A stretch of 64,000 nt of DNA from an uncultured Gemmatimonadota bacterium (GTDB lineage: Bacteria > GCA-2686955). The notes beneath the pieces are model-generated. The model was not told where the DNA came from, ran no database searches, and saw nothing but the letters and a program-made list of their open reading frames with translations. Shown here piece after piece: positions 1 to 9,774 of the stretch (position 1 is its first letter; each line of letters starts with the position of its first letter). Made by a program: the position numbers and the translations under genes. Location: assembly GCA_964490075.1 (NCBI GenBank), contig CAZBBK010000015.1, positions 1 through 64,000 of the forward strand, written 5' to 3'.

Positions 1-78
1 CGTCCACCGGTCCCCCCGGCTGATGACGCGCATCTTGGACCTACATCCTACCCTAAGCCCGCGCGCCCCGATAGGCGC

Positions 79-2019
79 CTATTTTTTCGAACGCCCGTCC
101 ACTTTTCTCGGCCATGCGCGCAGCCGGCGCAGCAACCCCGCCAGCCGCAGCCGGCGCCGCAGCGAGCGGGCGCCGCGCAGCCCCGGATCGAGGCGCAGCG
201 CCCCCTCCAGCTCGTCACGTGCCTCGGCATCGCGACCGGCGACCAGCAGAGCACTCGCCAGCATGACGCGGATCCGCGCGTCGCGCGGATCGAGCACCAC
301 CGCGCGGCGAAGTGTCTCCACCGCCTCCACCGTCCGGCCGAGCCGCAGCTGCACCTGCCCCAGCCCGCGCACCGGCGCCGCCTGCGCCGGCGCCAGCTCG
401 ACCGCCATCTCGAAAGCCTCGGCCGCCTCCTCCCAGTCGCCCAGACGGCGCAACGCCACCCCCTTCAGGTGCCAGGCCGGCCAGAATCCCGACTCCACGC
501 TGAGCGCCGCGTCGATGCTGCGGATCGCCAGCCGCGGATCGCGCTCGAGCAGAGTGCGCGCCGCCTCCTCGATGCTCGCGCCGCTGCCCGGCGAGCGCGC
601 CTCCAGCAGACTGCGCCGGATGCGCGTCATCAGCGCCTCTCCCGACGCCCGCGCCAGCCCCCTCTCCAGCACCTCGATGGCCCGCGCCCGCAGTCCCACC
701 ACCAGGCAGAGATCGCCCAGCTCCGCCCACCCCAGCGCCGGCACGTCGTCGGTCAGGCTGAGCGCCTCGATCTGCTCCACCACCGCCGGCGGCGCCGGAT
801 GCTCGCTCGCCAGACCGGCCAGGTAGCGAAAAGTATGATGCGGCAGGTCGGCCGCCCGCAAGGCGCCGGCATAGTAGGCCCAGGCCTGGTCGACCGCGCC
901 GCGCTCCTGCGCCGCCCGCCCCAGCTGCGCGAAAAAAGTCCCGTCCCAGGGCGCCAGCTCCGCCCCGCGCCGCCACAGGTCGACCGCCTGCTCCAGCGCC
1001 CCGACGTTGCCCAGCAGCACCGCGACCCGGTCGATCAGCGTCGGATCGTCGGGACAGTCCTCCGCCGCCCGCAGCAGATGCCGGCGCGCCTCGCGCGGCC
1101 GCTCCAGCTCGATCAGACGCTCGCTCACCTCGATCCTCAGCGGCACCGAGTCGCCGCCGTGATCCAGCGCCTCGTTGATCAGCGCCACCGCATGCTCGGC
1201 ATCGGTCGCCCGCCGCGCCGCCAGCAGCCCGCGTGCCGTCCACAGCCGCGGATCGGCATCGACGTTGGCGGTCGCCCGCTCCAGCCCCAGCAGCACCCGC
1301 TCGGCCCGCTCTCCCTCGTCGTCGGCCAGCGCCCGCGCCACCCACGCCAGCAGCAGCTCGACCGCCGGCGCGAAACGCGGCGCCAGCGCCACGGCGCCCC
1401 CGAGCAGCCCCGCCGCGCTCATCCCGGTCCCCGGCTCGACCCCCGAGTCGCGCGCCAGCTCCAGGTCGCGCGCCAGCAGGAAGAGCGTCACCGCGTGGCT
1501 GTCGGCCGCGACGTGCGACTGCGGCAGGTCGATCGGCTCCAGGTCGCGCCCCAGCAGGTCGGCGATGCGCCGCGCCAGCCGCGCCGTCGCCGGAATCACC
1601 GCCCGCAGGTCGCAGGTCTCGGCGAAGGTGTCCAGCACCATCGCGCCCTCGGCCAGGCTGACCCGCACGCTGATCCGCAGCCGCTCCCCCTGGCGGCTGA
1701 TCTCGCCGTCGACGATCACGTCTGCGTCGGGCAGCTCTTCGACCTCTCCCAGCAGCTCGTCGGGGTCGAGGAGTCGCTCCGGCTGCACCCAGGCATGCGC
1801 CCCTTGAGAGTGCGGCAAGGGTGTCGTGAAAACCGCCAGATTGGCGAACATCTCCGAGCCCAGGTCGAGCCAGTCGACCAGCATCGCCGGCACCTGCCGC
1901 GAGTAGGCCGCGCGATGGTCGGGGAACTGCGAGGGCCAGCCCCGCGGAAGGGCGGCGAAGGCCAGCACCGCGACCGAGAGCTCGCCCGGTGGCGGCTCGG
2001 TTTGCCAGTGGTCGCTCAT
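79..2019 (-). CDS. Tetratricopeptide-repeat protein with N-terminal TolB-N/FlgO-like alpha/beta domain
   Basis: 646-aa ORF; N-terminal DVIVDGEISRQGERLRISVRV segment; multiple TPR-like helices (AWHLKGVALRRLGDWEEAAEAFEMAVELAP; LGQVQLRLGRTVEAVETLRRAVVLDP); 31 bp downstream of the deaminase gene. Confidence 0.8.
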   Translation of the reverse strand: MSDHWQTEPPPGELSVAVLAFAALPRGWPSQFPDHRAAYSRQVPAMLVDWLDLGSEMFANLAVFTTPLPHSQGAHAWVQPERLLDPDELLGEVEELPDADVIVDGEISRQGERLRISVRVSLAEGAMVLDTFAETCDLRAVIPATARLARRIADLLGRDLEPIDLPQSHVAADSHAVTLFLLARDLELARDSGVEPGTGMSAAGLLGGAVALAPRFAPAVELLLAWVARALADDEGERAERVLLGLERATANVDADPRLWTARGLLAARRATDAEHAVALINEALDHGGDSVPLRIEVSERLIELERPREARRHLLRAAEDCPDDPTLIDRVAVLLGNVGALEQAVDLWRRGAELAPWDGTFFAQLGRAAQERGAVDQAWAYYAGALRAADLPHHTFRYLAGLASEHPAPPAVVEQIEALSLTDDVPALGWAELGDLCLVVGLRARAIEVLERGLARASGEALMTRIRRSLLEARSPGSGASIEEAARTLLERDPRLAIRSIDAALSVESGFWPAWHLKGVALRRLGDWEEAAEAFEMAVELAPAQAAPVRGLGQVQLRLGRTVEAVETLRRAVVLDPRDARIRVMLASALLVAGRDAEARDELEGALRLDPGLRGARSLRRRLRLAGLLRRLRAWPRKVDGRSKK

Positions 2020-2050
2020 CGTGGGGAGGCTTTCGGGTTCGGCCCTGGGA

Positions 2051-3274
2051 CTACTCCAGGATCCGGTGCTCGCGTTCCAGCCGCTCGTAGAAGTCGAAGC
2101 ACCTTCTCACATACGCGCGCTTGCTCGAGTAGGATCCGGAGTAGAAGGAGCGCTTGAAGCCGTAGACCACGATCTGCTTCAACATCCGCGGATCGATCGG
2201 GAAGGCTTCGATCGCCAAGCCGATCTCCTTCGAGACCGTGGTGTTCGACACGGTGCGGTTGTCGGTGCACAGGGTGGCCGAGAGGTTGGCGTCGAGCATG
2301 TGCCTGAAGTTGTGCCGGGCGATCTCGCCGATCTCCGGGTTGGTCTGCAGGTTCGAAGACAGGCAGACCTCGATGGTGATGCGGCGGTCGGCGATGTACT
2401 GCACCAGCGCGGAGACATAGGCCTCCGGATCGCCGATCTCCGGATCGGAGACCTTGTCGGGGCTGAACAGATAGTAGCCGTGGCCGATGCGGTCGGCATG
2501 CAGATCGGTCAGCGCCTGGAAGATCGACTCCGGCCCGAACGCCTCTCCCGCGTGCACGGTCTTCTGCATGAAGTTCTGATGCGCCAGATTGTAAGCGTCG
2601 GAGTGGGCGTTCGCCGGATAGCCGTCCTCCTGCCCCGCCAGATCGAAGGCCACCACCGGCAGGCCCAGGTCGTCGCGGGCGTGCACCGCCGCGTGCACCA
2701 GGTCGATCGAAGCCTGCGAAATCACCTCGTCCATCTTGCGGAAGCGGTGAATCGCCACGAAACGCCGGTAATAGTCGGAGAAAGCCTGCGTGAACATCCG
2801 CATCGCGCAGACGATGATGCCCGAGCGGTAGGCCGGCTCGTCGCCGCGCTCGATCGCCTCGGAGGCGTTGAACTCGCGCTCGGCCCGCTGCAGCCCGCGC
2901 GCCACCGCCGCGATCGTATCGGGGCCGTCGAAACCCTCGTGGATGTGCAGCTGCGGCGCGAATCGCACCTCGATATAGCGCACCCCTTCGCTGAACGAAT
3001 CGACCGCCAGCTCGTAGGCGACCCGCTCCAGCGTGTCGGCGTCCTGCAGCACCGCACAGGTATAAGCGAAGCCGCGCAGGTACTCGCCGAGGTCGGCGTA
3101 CTGGTCCTTGAAAATCTCCCGGCGCAGCCCCTCCTCGCTGTCGGCCGGCAGCTCGACCCCGCTATGCCGCGCCAGCTCGATCAGCGTCGCCGGCCGAATC
3201 GACCCGTCGAGATGCACGTGCAGATCGGTCTTGGGGACCGCGCGAATGAACTCTTCGGTGAATGGTGCTCTCAT
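2051..3274 (-). CDS. add: Adenosine/adenine deaminase family protein
   Basis: PKTDLHVHLDGS, YIEVRFAPQ, FDLAGQE, TVHAGEAFG, DRIGHG, IEVCLSSN, LCTDN motifs. Confidence 0.9.
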   Translation of the reverse strand: MRAPFTEEFIRAVPKTDLHVHLDGSIRPATLIELARHSGVELPADSEEGLRREIFKDQYADLGEYLRGFAYTCAVLQDADTLERVAYELAVDSFSEGVRYIEVRFAPQLHIHEGFDGPDTIAAVARGLQRAEREFNASEAIERGDEPAYRSGIIVCAMRMFTQAFSDYYRRFVAIHRFRKMDEVISQASIDLVHAAVHARDDLGLPVVAFDLAGQEDGYPANAHSDAYNLAHQNFMQKTVHAGEAFGPESIFQALTDLHADRIGHGYYLFSPDKVSDPEIGDPEAYVSALVQYIADRRITIEVCLSSNLQTNPEIGEIARHNFRHMLDANLSATLCTDNRTVSNTTVSKEIGLAIEAFPIDPRMLKQIVVYGFKRSFYSGSYSSKRAYVRRCFDFYERLEREHRILE

Positions 3275-3424
3275 GGCCGGATCCTACCCTCTCCGCCGGG
3301 CGGCCGCCCGAATTCCGCCGATTCCTGGGATGACAGACCTCGGCCCCTTCCGACGTAGAGCGCGGCATCGAGCCCGGAGAGAGGAAGATCCCCGAGCCCC
3401 TCCCTCCTGGTGGCGCCCGCCCGC

Positions 3425-3610
3425 TCCCTCCCCATCCGCGCCTTCGCTCCTACCCTGCCCAACCCACTCCCCATGCCCACGCCCACGCCCATGCTCGTGC
3501 CCGACCCCAACCGAAAACCCGGCCGAAATCCGCCCCCACAATCCCCATCTCCATCTCCAGCGCCGCGACCCACGACCGGAATCCGGCCGCACCCCGAACT
3601 CCACCTCCAG
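3425..3610. repeat. Intergenic C-rich (G-rich on minus strand) hexamer repeat tract (CCCAYG)n, related to the tract at 17042-17100
   Basis: ccccatgcccacgcccacgcccatgctcgtgcccgacccc at about 3469-3508 and ccccatctccatctcc nearby, inside a ~760-bp gap between divergent genes. Confidence 0.6.
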
Positions 3611-4037
3611 ACCCGCGACTCGCGGACCGAATCGGGCGCGGGTTCGGGCGCGGCGTCGGAGGCGAAGTGGACAGCCGAAGTAGAAACGCCGGGCCGGCGA
3701 GTGGAGCACCAGCGACGCCGGCAGAGAAGCGGAGCACAGATCGCGGAATGAGTAGTTGTCATGCTCCCACAATTCCTGCCGCAAATCGGGCCTGAAACTC
3801 CGCAAGCAGACTCGTAGCCATCAACGGAACGGGCGCCGGATCCAGCCGGCCGCGGGGCCGGCGAGGAGGAGCAACGCAGCCAGCGTGGATGCAGCGGCGG
3901 CCGAATGCCACCGTATTTGCGGAGTGGGCCACCAAGGCCAAGATCCGCACGGCTCGGTCACGAATCGGGTGGCGGATTATGGACGTGTCAGCGCAGCGGC
4001 GGGGCGCCGGCGAAATCCCCGCGCTATCCTCCCCCGC

Positions 4038-5459
4038 ATGCTCAGCCACCGCCGAAACGCGACCCTCGGACTCCTCGTCGCGTTCTTGATCCTGGCCCTG
4101 CTCGAGGGCGGGCTCCGCCTCGCGCAGTGGCCCCCCGAGGGCCCGGAGGGCGATGCCCCGCCGGCCCTGGTCGAAGCGGTGCGGGCCCTGGGCTGGGAGC
4201 CGAACCCAGCCGACCGCCGGCTGCTGCGCGAGGATCCCCACACCCTCTGGTCGCTGGTCGCCGAGCTCGACTTGGAGATCCCCAGCTACGTCCAGGGAGG
4301 CGAGCCGTGGCGCGTGCGCATCGGCCCCCACGGCTACCGCGGAGCGCCACCGGACGCCGCGGCCGGCGTGCCGCGCGTGGTCTGCGCCGGCAACTCCTGC
4401 ACCTTCGGGCTTCTGGTGAGCGAAGGGGAGACCTGGCCCGAGCGCCTGGCCGAAACCCTTGAGCGGAGCGGCGTCGGGCCGGTCGAGGTCCTCAACTACG
4501 CCGTCCCCGGCTTCACGTCGGAGCAGGGGCGGTGGCTGGTGAGCGAGCGGGTGCTGCCCTTGCGCCCCGACCTGGTGGTGCTCTCCTTCGGCTTCAACGA
4601 CACTTGGCCGGCGCCGGAATCGGACCGCTCGCGGATCGCCCGCCAGCAGAGCGCCGCCGGCCGGCTGCGACGGTCGATCGGCGGGGCGTCGATCATCCGC
4701 GCGCTCGATCGCACGCTGCGGCCGCTGCGCGAAGGGCGCCGAGCCGCAGCAGCAGCGCCGCGGGAAGTGGGCGAGCGGGTCTCCGCCGCGCGCCGCGCCG
4801 ACAACCTGCGGCACATGATCCTCAGCTTGCGCGACGCCGGCATCCCCGTCCTGCTGCTCGCGCTCGACTTCCCGCGCGGCGACAGCGTCGCGGGCGTCGC
4901 CGCGGTGGCGGCCGAGCTCGCGCTGCCCTTCGTCGATGCGCGCGCCGCCTTCGCCGAAGACTGGCGCGCCGAGCCCCTGCCGCAGCTGATCGAGCTGCTC
5001 GCCTCCAACCCGGCGGCGCCCGCGATCGCCACCCTCCCGGTCACCCTGATGGTCGCCGCGCCCAGTCACCTGCCGCGCCCGATCACCCTGGTGGGCACCG
5101 CGCCGGCGCTGGGCGGCGGCGTCCCCGGCACGGTGAGCCTGCCCGACGACGGACGCGGCCCCGACCAACACGCCGGCGACGGCATCCACACCATCACCCT
5201 GCGGCTCCCCGGCGACCGGCCCAGCCGCTACCTCTTCCAGAGCGGCGCCGAGCCCGGATCCTGGAACGGCCTCGAGTCGCCGCTCGCCTGCCGCCGCTGG
5301 TCGCCGTGCGACGCCAACGAGCAGCGAATGCGCTTCGGCCGGCTGCCGCTGATGGCCGAGGCGATCCACCCCTCGGCAAGCGGCTGCGAAGCAATCGCCC
5401 TGCTGGTCGCGCGGGCCATCGAGCAGCACCGCCTGCTGCCGCCGGACGCGCGCAGATGA
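4038..5459 (+). CDS. Membrane-anchored SGNH/GDSL hydrolase or O-acyltransferase with an inserted carbohydrate-binding/choice-of-anchor-X-like domain
   Basis: N-terminal TM (LGLLVAFLILALLEGGLRL); SGNH blocks GNSCTFG, NYAVPG, FGFND and terminal EAIHP; insert with LPDDGRGPDQHAGDGIHT; ATG 4038 follows TATCCT by 7 nt. Confidence 0.8.
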   Translation: MLSHRRNATLGLLVAFLILALLEGGLRLAQWPPEGPEGDAPPALVEAVRALGWEPNPADRRLLREDPHTLWSLVAELDLEIPSYVQGGEPWRVRIGPHGYRGAPPDAAAGVPRVVCAGNSCTFGLLVSEGETWPERLAETLERSGVGPVEVLNYAVPGFTSEQGRWLVSERVLPLRPDLVVLSFGFNDTWPAPESDRSRIARQQSAAGRLRRSIGGASIIRALDRTLRPLREGRRAAAAAPREVGERVSAARRADNLRHMILSLRDAGIPVLLLALDFPRGDSVAGVAAVAAELALPFVDARAAFAEDWRAEPLPQLIELLASNPAAPAIATLPVTLMVAAPSHLPRPITLVGTAPALGGGVPGTVSLPDDGRGPDQHAGDGIHTITLRLPGDRPSRYLFQSGAEPGSWNGLESPLACRRWSPCDANEQRMRFGRLPLMAEAIHPSASGCEAIALLVARAIEQHRLLPPDARR

Positions 5460-5986
5460 AGCCCGAGCGGGACTCCGAGCAGAGCGGCGGCGGGCGGATT
5501 CTGCTGCTCCCGGCCCTCGACCAGCCGGTGACAGTCTTTCGCGCCCGCGCCGACGACTCCCTCGAGCGGCTCGCCGCCCCGCATTTGGTGCTGCCCGCCC
5601 TGCGCACCACCTTCGACTCCGCACGCGGACTGCCGGCCACCCAACCGCCGGCCGAGGGCCCTTGGCGGGGGCGGCTCCCCGTGCTTCGAATCCACCCCTC
5701 GCTGCCGCGCCTGCGCGCCACGGGCGAGGGCCTGTGGAGCGCGCAGGATGGCCCGCTGCGGATCGTGCACTTCTACTCCGAGGGGAGGGAGCTGCGCGCC
5801 GTGGAGCTGCGACCGAGCGGCGATGTCCTGCTCACCGACGAGCGGATCACGGTGGAGCTCGATGGCGCCGGAGCAACGATCGAGGCGCGCCTGCAGGCCG
5901 GAACCGAGCCCGGTCGAAGCCTGGCCACCGCGCCCTGGCTCTTCGTCCGTCGCGCCCTGGTCGCGCTGCGCGATTCCCTCTCCTAG
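5456..5986 (+). CDS. Hypothetical protein, translationally coupled to the SGNH gene
   Basis: ATGA overlap with upstream stop; C-terminal part of ORF 4532..5986 (MKPERDSEQSGG...) has natural composition. Confidence 0.55.
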   Translation: MKPERDSEQSGGGRILLLPALDQPVTVFRARADDSLERLAAPHLVLPALRTTFDSARGLPATQPPAEGPWRGRLPVLRIHPSLPRLRATGEGLWSAQDGPLRIVHFYSEGRELRAVELRPSGDVLLTDERITVELDGAGATIEARLQAGTEPGRSLATAPWLFVRRALVALRDSLS

Positions 5987-6216
5987 CACGCCCTCGCCAG
6001 GGGTCGGCACCGGTGCGGGGAGGATGGGGACATCTCCGACATGTCGTACAGCGCTCCACTATGGCCAAAAGAGACCCGCTAACTCCCAATTGTGGCCACA
6101 TTTCGCGAATTTCACGAGAATCTTTTCCATCAAAGTTGCGTTCTTTGTTTGGCGACGTGAAGATGGCAGGGGTAGCGAGTCCCGTGCAGAGGGTCACCCG
6201 CCCGACAGGAGTCCAG

Positions 6217-7914
6217 ATGGGATATTCCCCCCGCCGTCCCACCTCCCGGCCAGCCTCGTTGCTGGTGGCGAGCCTCGGCTTCGTCGCCGGTCCATGGCAG
6301 CAGACGCGCGCCGACACCCTTTATGTCGGCACCAGCCCCGAGGCGTACGAAACGGTCCAGCAGGCGGTGAACGCCGCCCGACACCGCGACGAGGTCGTGA
6401 TCGAGCCCGGTACCTACGTCGAGCAGGTTCATATCTACCCGGCCGCGGAGGACTCGTTCTACGTCACCATCCGGGCGCAAGATGAGCAGAACCGCCCGCG
6501 CATCCGCTTCGGGATCGGCGAGCCGGCCGGCGCTCCAAAGGAGCGCTGGGAAAACTTCGCGGTCATCGAGATCCACAACGACATGAACGACGGCCCCGGC
6601 AAGCGCTGCACCGACATGCGGATCACCCTGGAAGGGCTGGAGGTGATCGGAACCGACGACTACACCGGCGCCCTCGGGGTCTGGACCGCGATGGACGACT
6701 GGGAACAGCGCTACTACACCGGGCTCTTCTTCCGCCGCAACTACTTCCAGACCCAGCGTGCGTTGATGCCGCCACGGGTGCGAGGCGGAGGAGCGCTCTG
6801 GATCGGTCGCCGTCCCGACCTCACCTGTCTGCCCAACTGGCGCAACTGCTTCGAGTACCAGTCCCTCAAGTGGGGCGTGATCGAAGACAACGACGTGGTC
6901 GCCATCAACGGCGGAGAACCCAACCACTACCTTTCGGACGGCATCTCGACCTTCCATTTCGTCGGCGCGGTGCAGAACAACCGGGTCACCAGCACCGCCG
7001 AAGGGATCCACATGAGCTTCGCGCGGGTCACCGGCGAGGCCCCGCCCTTCCTGCAAGAGCCTCCTTTCGACCAGTACACCGACTCGGTGGTGCAGCACAA
7101 CCTGGTCTACTGCAACGAGCAGAGCGGCATCCACTTCACCCACGGCTCGTTCGGCACGGTGCGCAACAACATCGTGCTGCGCACCTGGTACCAGACCAAC
7201 GCCGACGCCTCGGGGATCTCCACCGGCCGCTCGGCGGGCGCCGCAGGATTCGGCGACGACAGTGCGCTCGACATCGAGGCTCAGGGGGGCGGATCGCGCA
7301 TGCCCACCGAGGCCACGATCCACAACAACACGATCGATCGCGTCGAGGGCTGGGGCATCGCCATGGACGACGACAACGATGTGACCCTGCTCGGCAACAT
7401 CGTGGCCCGCACCCGCGATGTGAAGCCCTACTTCCCCGAGGCCCAGACCGTGGGGATCGCCGTGATCCACGGCGACTTCGACCCGGACACCATCTACACC
7501 GACTACAACGTGCTCTGGCACAACCGCAACCGAAGCGGAGTGGCCGATTACGAACCGGGCGGGATCTATCCCAGCGGCCTGCAAGGGGTGAACGACGTCA
7601 CCGAGGCCAGCCCCGACGGCTCCTGTCCGCACTTCATCGGCGGCCCGCTCGGAGAGCACATGCAGAGCTACATGCTCAAGACCTTCGACCCGCCCTTCGG
7701 CTGCTACGCCGCGGCCTCCACCCCCGATTCGGTGTCGCTGGCGATCGACGCGGGTCCCACCAACCCGATCTACAACGACGTGCAGCCCCCCGGGCTGGGC
7801 GGGTTGCGCAACGACGCCGGCGCCTACGGCGGACCGCAGGCCTCGTGGGGCGACTCGGGTTGCCTCGAGTACAAGGTCGCGAGCGACCTGGCGTGCTGTC
7901 ACGAAACTCGCTGA
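6217..7914 (+). CDS. Secreted right-handed parallel beta-helix (pectin-lyase-fold) protein
   Basis: AGGAG RBS at 6207; signal-like N-terminus; TVQQAVNAA...VVIEPGTYVE start motif; repeated NN ladders (VQNNRV, VRNNIV, IHNNTI); C-terminal SLAIDAG...RNDAGAYGG motif. Confidence 0.8.
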   Translation: MGYSPRRPTSRPASLLVASLGFVAGPWQQTRADTLYVGTSPEAYETVQQAVNAARHRDEVVIEPGTYVEQVHIYPAAEDSFYVTIRAQDEQNRPRIRFGIGEPAGAPKERWENFAVIEIHNDMNDGPGKRCTDMRITLEGLEVIGTDDYTGALGVWTAMDDWEQRYYTGLFFRRNYFQTQRALMPPRVRGGGALWIGRRPDLTCLPNWRNCFEYQSLKWGVIEDNDVVAINGGEPNHYLSDGISTFHFVGAVQNNRVTSTAEGIHMSFARVTGEAPPFLQEPPFDQYTDSVVQHNLVYCNEQSGIHFTHGSFGTVRNNIVLRTWYQTNADASGISTGRSAGAAGFGDDSALDIEAQGGGSRMPTEATIHNNTIDRVEGWGIAMDDDNDVTLLGNIVARTRDVKPYFPEAQTVGIAVIHGDFDPDTIYTDYNVLWHNRNRSGVADYEPGGIYPSGLQGVNDVTEASPDGSCPHFIGGPLGEHMQSYMLKTFDPPFGCYAAASTPDSVSLAIDAGPTNPIYNDVQPPGLGGLRNDAGAYGGPQASWGDSGCLEYKVASDLACCHETR

Positions 7915-7931
7915 CGAGACCGCGTCCGCTG

Positions 7932-9752
7932 ATGCGAAACCACGCCTGGCCGGCGCTGCTCTCGGCCGCCACTCTGGCCGCCGCGGCGGCGCCGCCGGTC
8001 ACGGAGAACGAGGGCTGGCCGGTGCGCTGGAAATGGGGCGTCAGCGCGCTGGTGGCCGATCTCGACGGCGACGGCTGGAGCGAGGTCGTCGCCGGCTCCT
8101 TCGACTGGTCGGAGCCGGAGCTGCAGGCCTGGGATCACCGCGGCCGTCCGCTCGCCGGGTGGCCAATTCCCCTGCCGCTCGGCACCGCGCAGGTGCTGGG
8201 CGCCGCCGACCTGGACAACGACGGCGAGGTCGAGGTGCTGGCGCACGTCTGGCACACCACCACCGAGCGCGCCTACCTCTGCGCCTTCCGCCACGACGGC
8301 AGCCAGCCTCCCGGATGGCCGGTTTCGCTGCACCGCAGCGGCGGGCGCGCGCCGACCGTGGCCGACCTGGACGGCGACGGACGGCTCGAGACGGTCGTCG
8401 CCGCCCATCCACGTTGGGGAGGGCCGAGCAACATCGAGGCCTACGACGCGTCCGGCCGGGAGCTGGCCTGGTCGCCCTTCGAGGTCCCGCACACCATCGA
8501 GTCGAGCCCGGCGATCGGCGATCTCGACCTGGACGGTGATCTCGACATCGTCTTCGCAGCCTACGATCGGCCGCGATTCGGCTCGGGGTGGATCTACGCG
8601 CTCGATTGGGACGGCGCGGCCGGCGCCGACTCGGAGCCGCTGGCGCGCATCGACACGCCGGTCTCGACCGCACCGCTCTCGGTGGTCGATCTTGCCGGCG
8701 GTCCGCGCCCGGAACTGGTTCTCTCCGATGACCTGGGACGCATCCATCTGCTCGATCACCGGGGAAGGGCGCTGCCGCCCTGGCCCACCGAGAGAGGCGG
8801 ATTTCGCGCCGAGATGCCGGTGGCGCTCGGCTTCCACCGCGGGCGCGCCTCGGCCCTGTGGTGCGCCGGCGACGATCACCGGGTCGCTCTCTTCGACGCA
8901 GCGGGCCGAACTCTCCCCGGCTGGCCGTGGCGCGGGAGCTGGCTGATCCGCTCGCAGATCCTGGTCGCCGACCTGGACGGCGATCCCGAGCAGGAGGCCT
9001 TCGTCGGCGGCTCCAACCCCCACCTCTGGGCTCTGGAGCAGGACGGCTCGCCGGTAGCGGGCTGGCCGGTGCACACCGGCAGCAACGATTTCGGCACAGG
9101 TCAGCTCGCCGACCTCGATCGCGACGGCGACACCGACATCGTTTTCCAGGGCTACGATGGCAAAATCCACGTCTTCGACACGCCGGGGCTCTACCGCCCG
9201 AGCCGCATCACCTGCCCCGCCTACCAGTACGACCGCCGCCACACCGGGACCTATGAGAAGGACCTCTACCGCGAGGCCGAGTCGGCGAACCGGCGCTCGG
9301 GCTGGAGCGCGCTGCCCGACACCGGCGCCTGGGGGCGGCAGATCTTGACGCCCGCCGCCGGCGACGGAAGAACGCCGCCCCTGCTCTACCGCATCGAGAC
9401 CCCCGAGCTCGGTCGCTACACTTTATGGCTGCGCCTGCGCCGCCCTTCCGTTCCGCTCGCCGGCCCCCTGCCGATGGTGCGCATCGATCGTCAAACGCTG
9501 GGCGGCGGCGGCGAGCGCGCCTCTTCTCCCGGTGGCTGGACCTGGTATCGGGCCGGAGTGTCGCCGCTGGAGGCCGGCGTGCACCAGATCGAGATCGACG
9601 CACGCGCCAACGACCTGCAGATCGACCGCTTGCTGCTGACCAGCCGCGAGGCCTTTCCGATGGTGCGGGAGCGGCCGCATGGATGGGAGGGCTCGATCAC
9701 TTCCGAAGCACCCGCACATCCGGACAGCGCGGGAGCGTCGAATCGTTCGTGA
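7932..9752 (+). CDS. Secreted FG-GAP/VCBS-repeat beta-propeller protein with C-terminal CBM-like beta-sandwich
   Basis: Signal peptide; repeated ADLDGDG..E.V motifs and GWP spacers; C-terminal YREAES...GRYTLWLR...LQIDRLLL. Confidence 0.85.
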   Translation: MRNHAWPALLSAATLAAAAAPPVTENEGWPVRWKWGVSALVADLDGDGWSEVVAGSFDWSEPELQAWDHRGRPLAGWPIPLPLGTAQVLGAADLDNDGEVEVLAHVWHTTTERAYLCAFRHDGSQPPGWPVSLHRSGGRAPTVADLDGDGRLETVVAAHPRWGGPSNIEAYDASGRELAWSPFEVPHTIESSPAIGDLDLDGDLDIVFAAYDRPRFGSGWIYALDWDGAAGADSEPLARIDTPVSTAPLSVVDLAGGPRPELVLSDDLGRIHLLDHRGRALPPWPTERGGFRAEMPVALGFHRGRASALWCAGDDHRVALFDAAGRTLPGWPWRGSWLIRSQILVADLDGDPEQEAFVGGSNPHLWALEQDGSPVAGWPVHTGSNDFGTGQLADLDRDGDTDIVFQGYDGKIHVFDTPGLYRPSRITCPAYQYDRRHTGTYEKDLYREAESANRRSGWSALPDTGAWGRQILTPAAGDGRTPPLLYRIETPELGRYTLWLRLRRPSVPLAGPLPMVRIDRQTLGGGGERASSPGGWTWYRAGVSPLEAGVHQIEIDARANDLQIDRLLLTSREAFPMVRERPHGWEGSITSEAPAHPDSAGASNRS

Positions 9753-9774
9753 GGAAGTCGCAAGACATCCGACT

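Noticed and set aside
3284-4037. tRNA, riboswitch or protein-coding gene in the long intergenic gap
   Set aside because: No cloverleaf or known riboswitch consensus recognised; ORFs here are low-complexity translations of the repeats.
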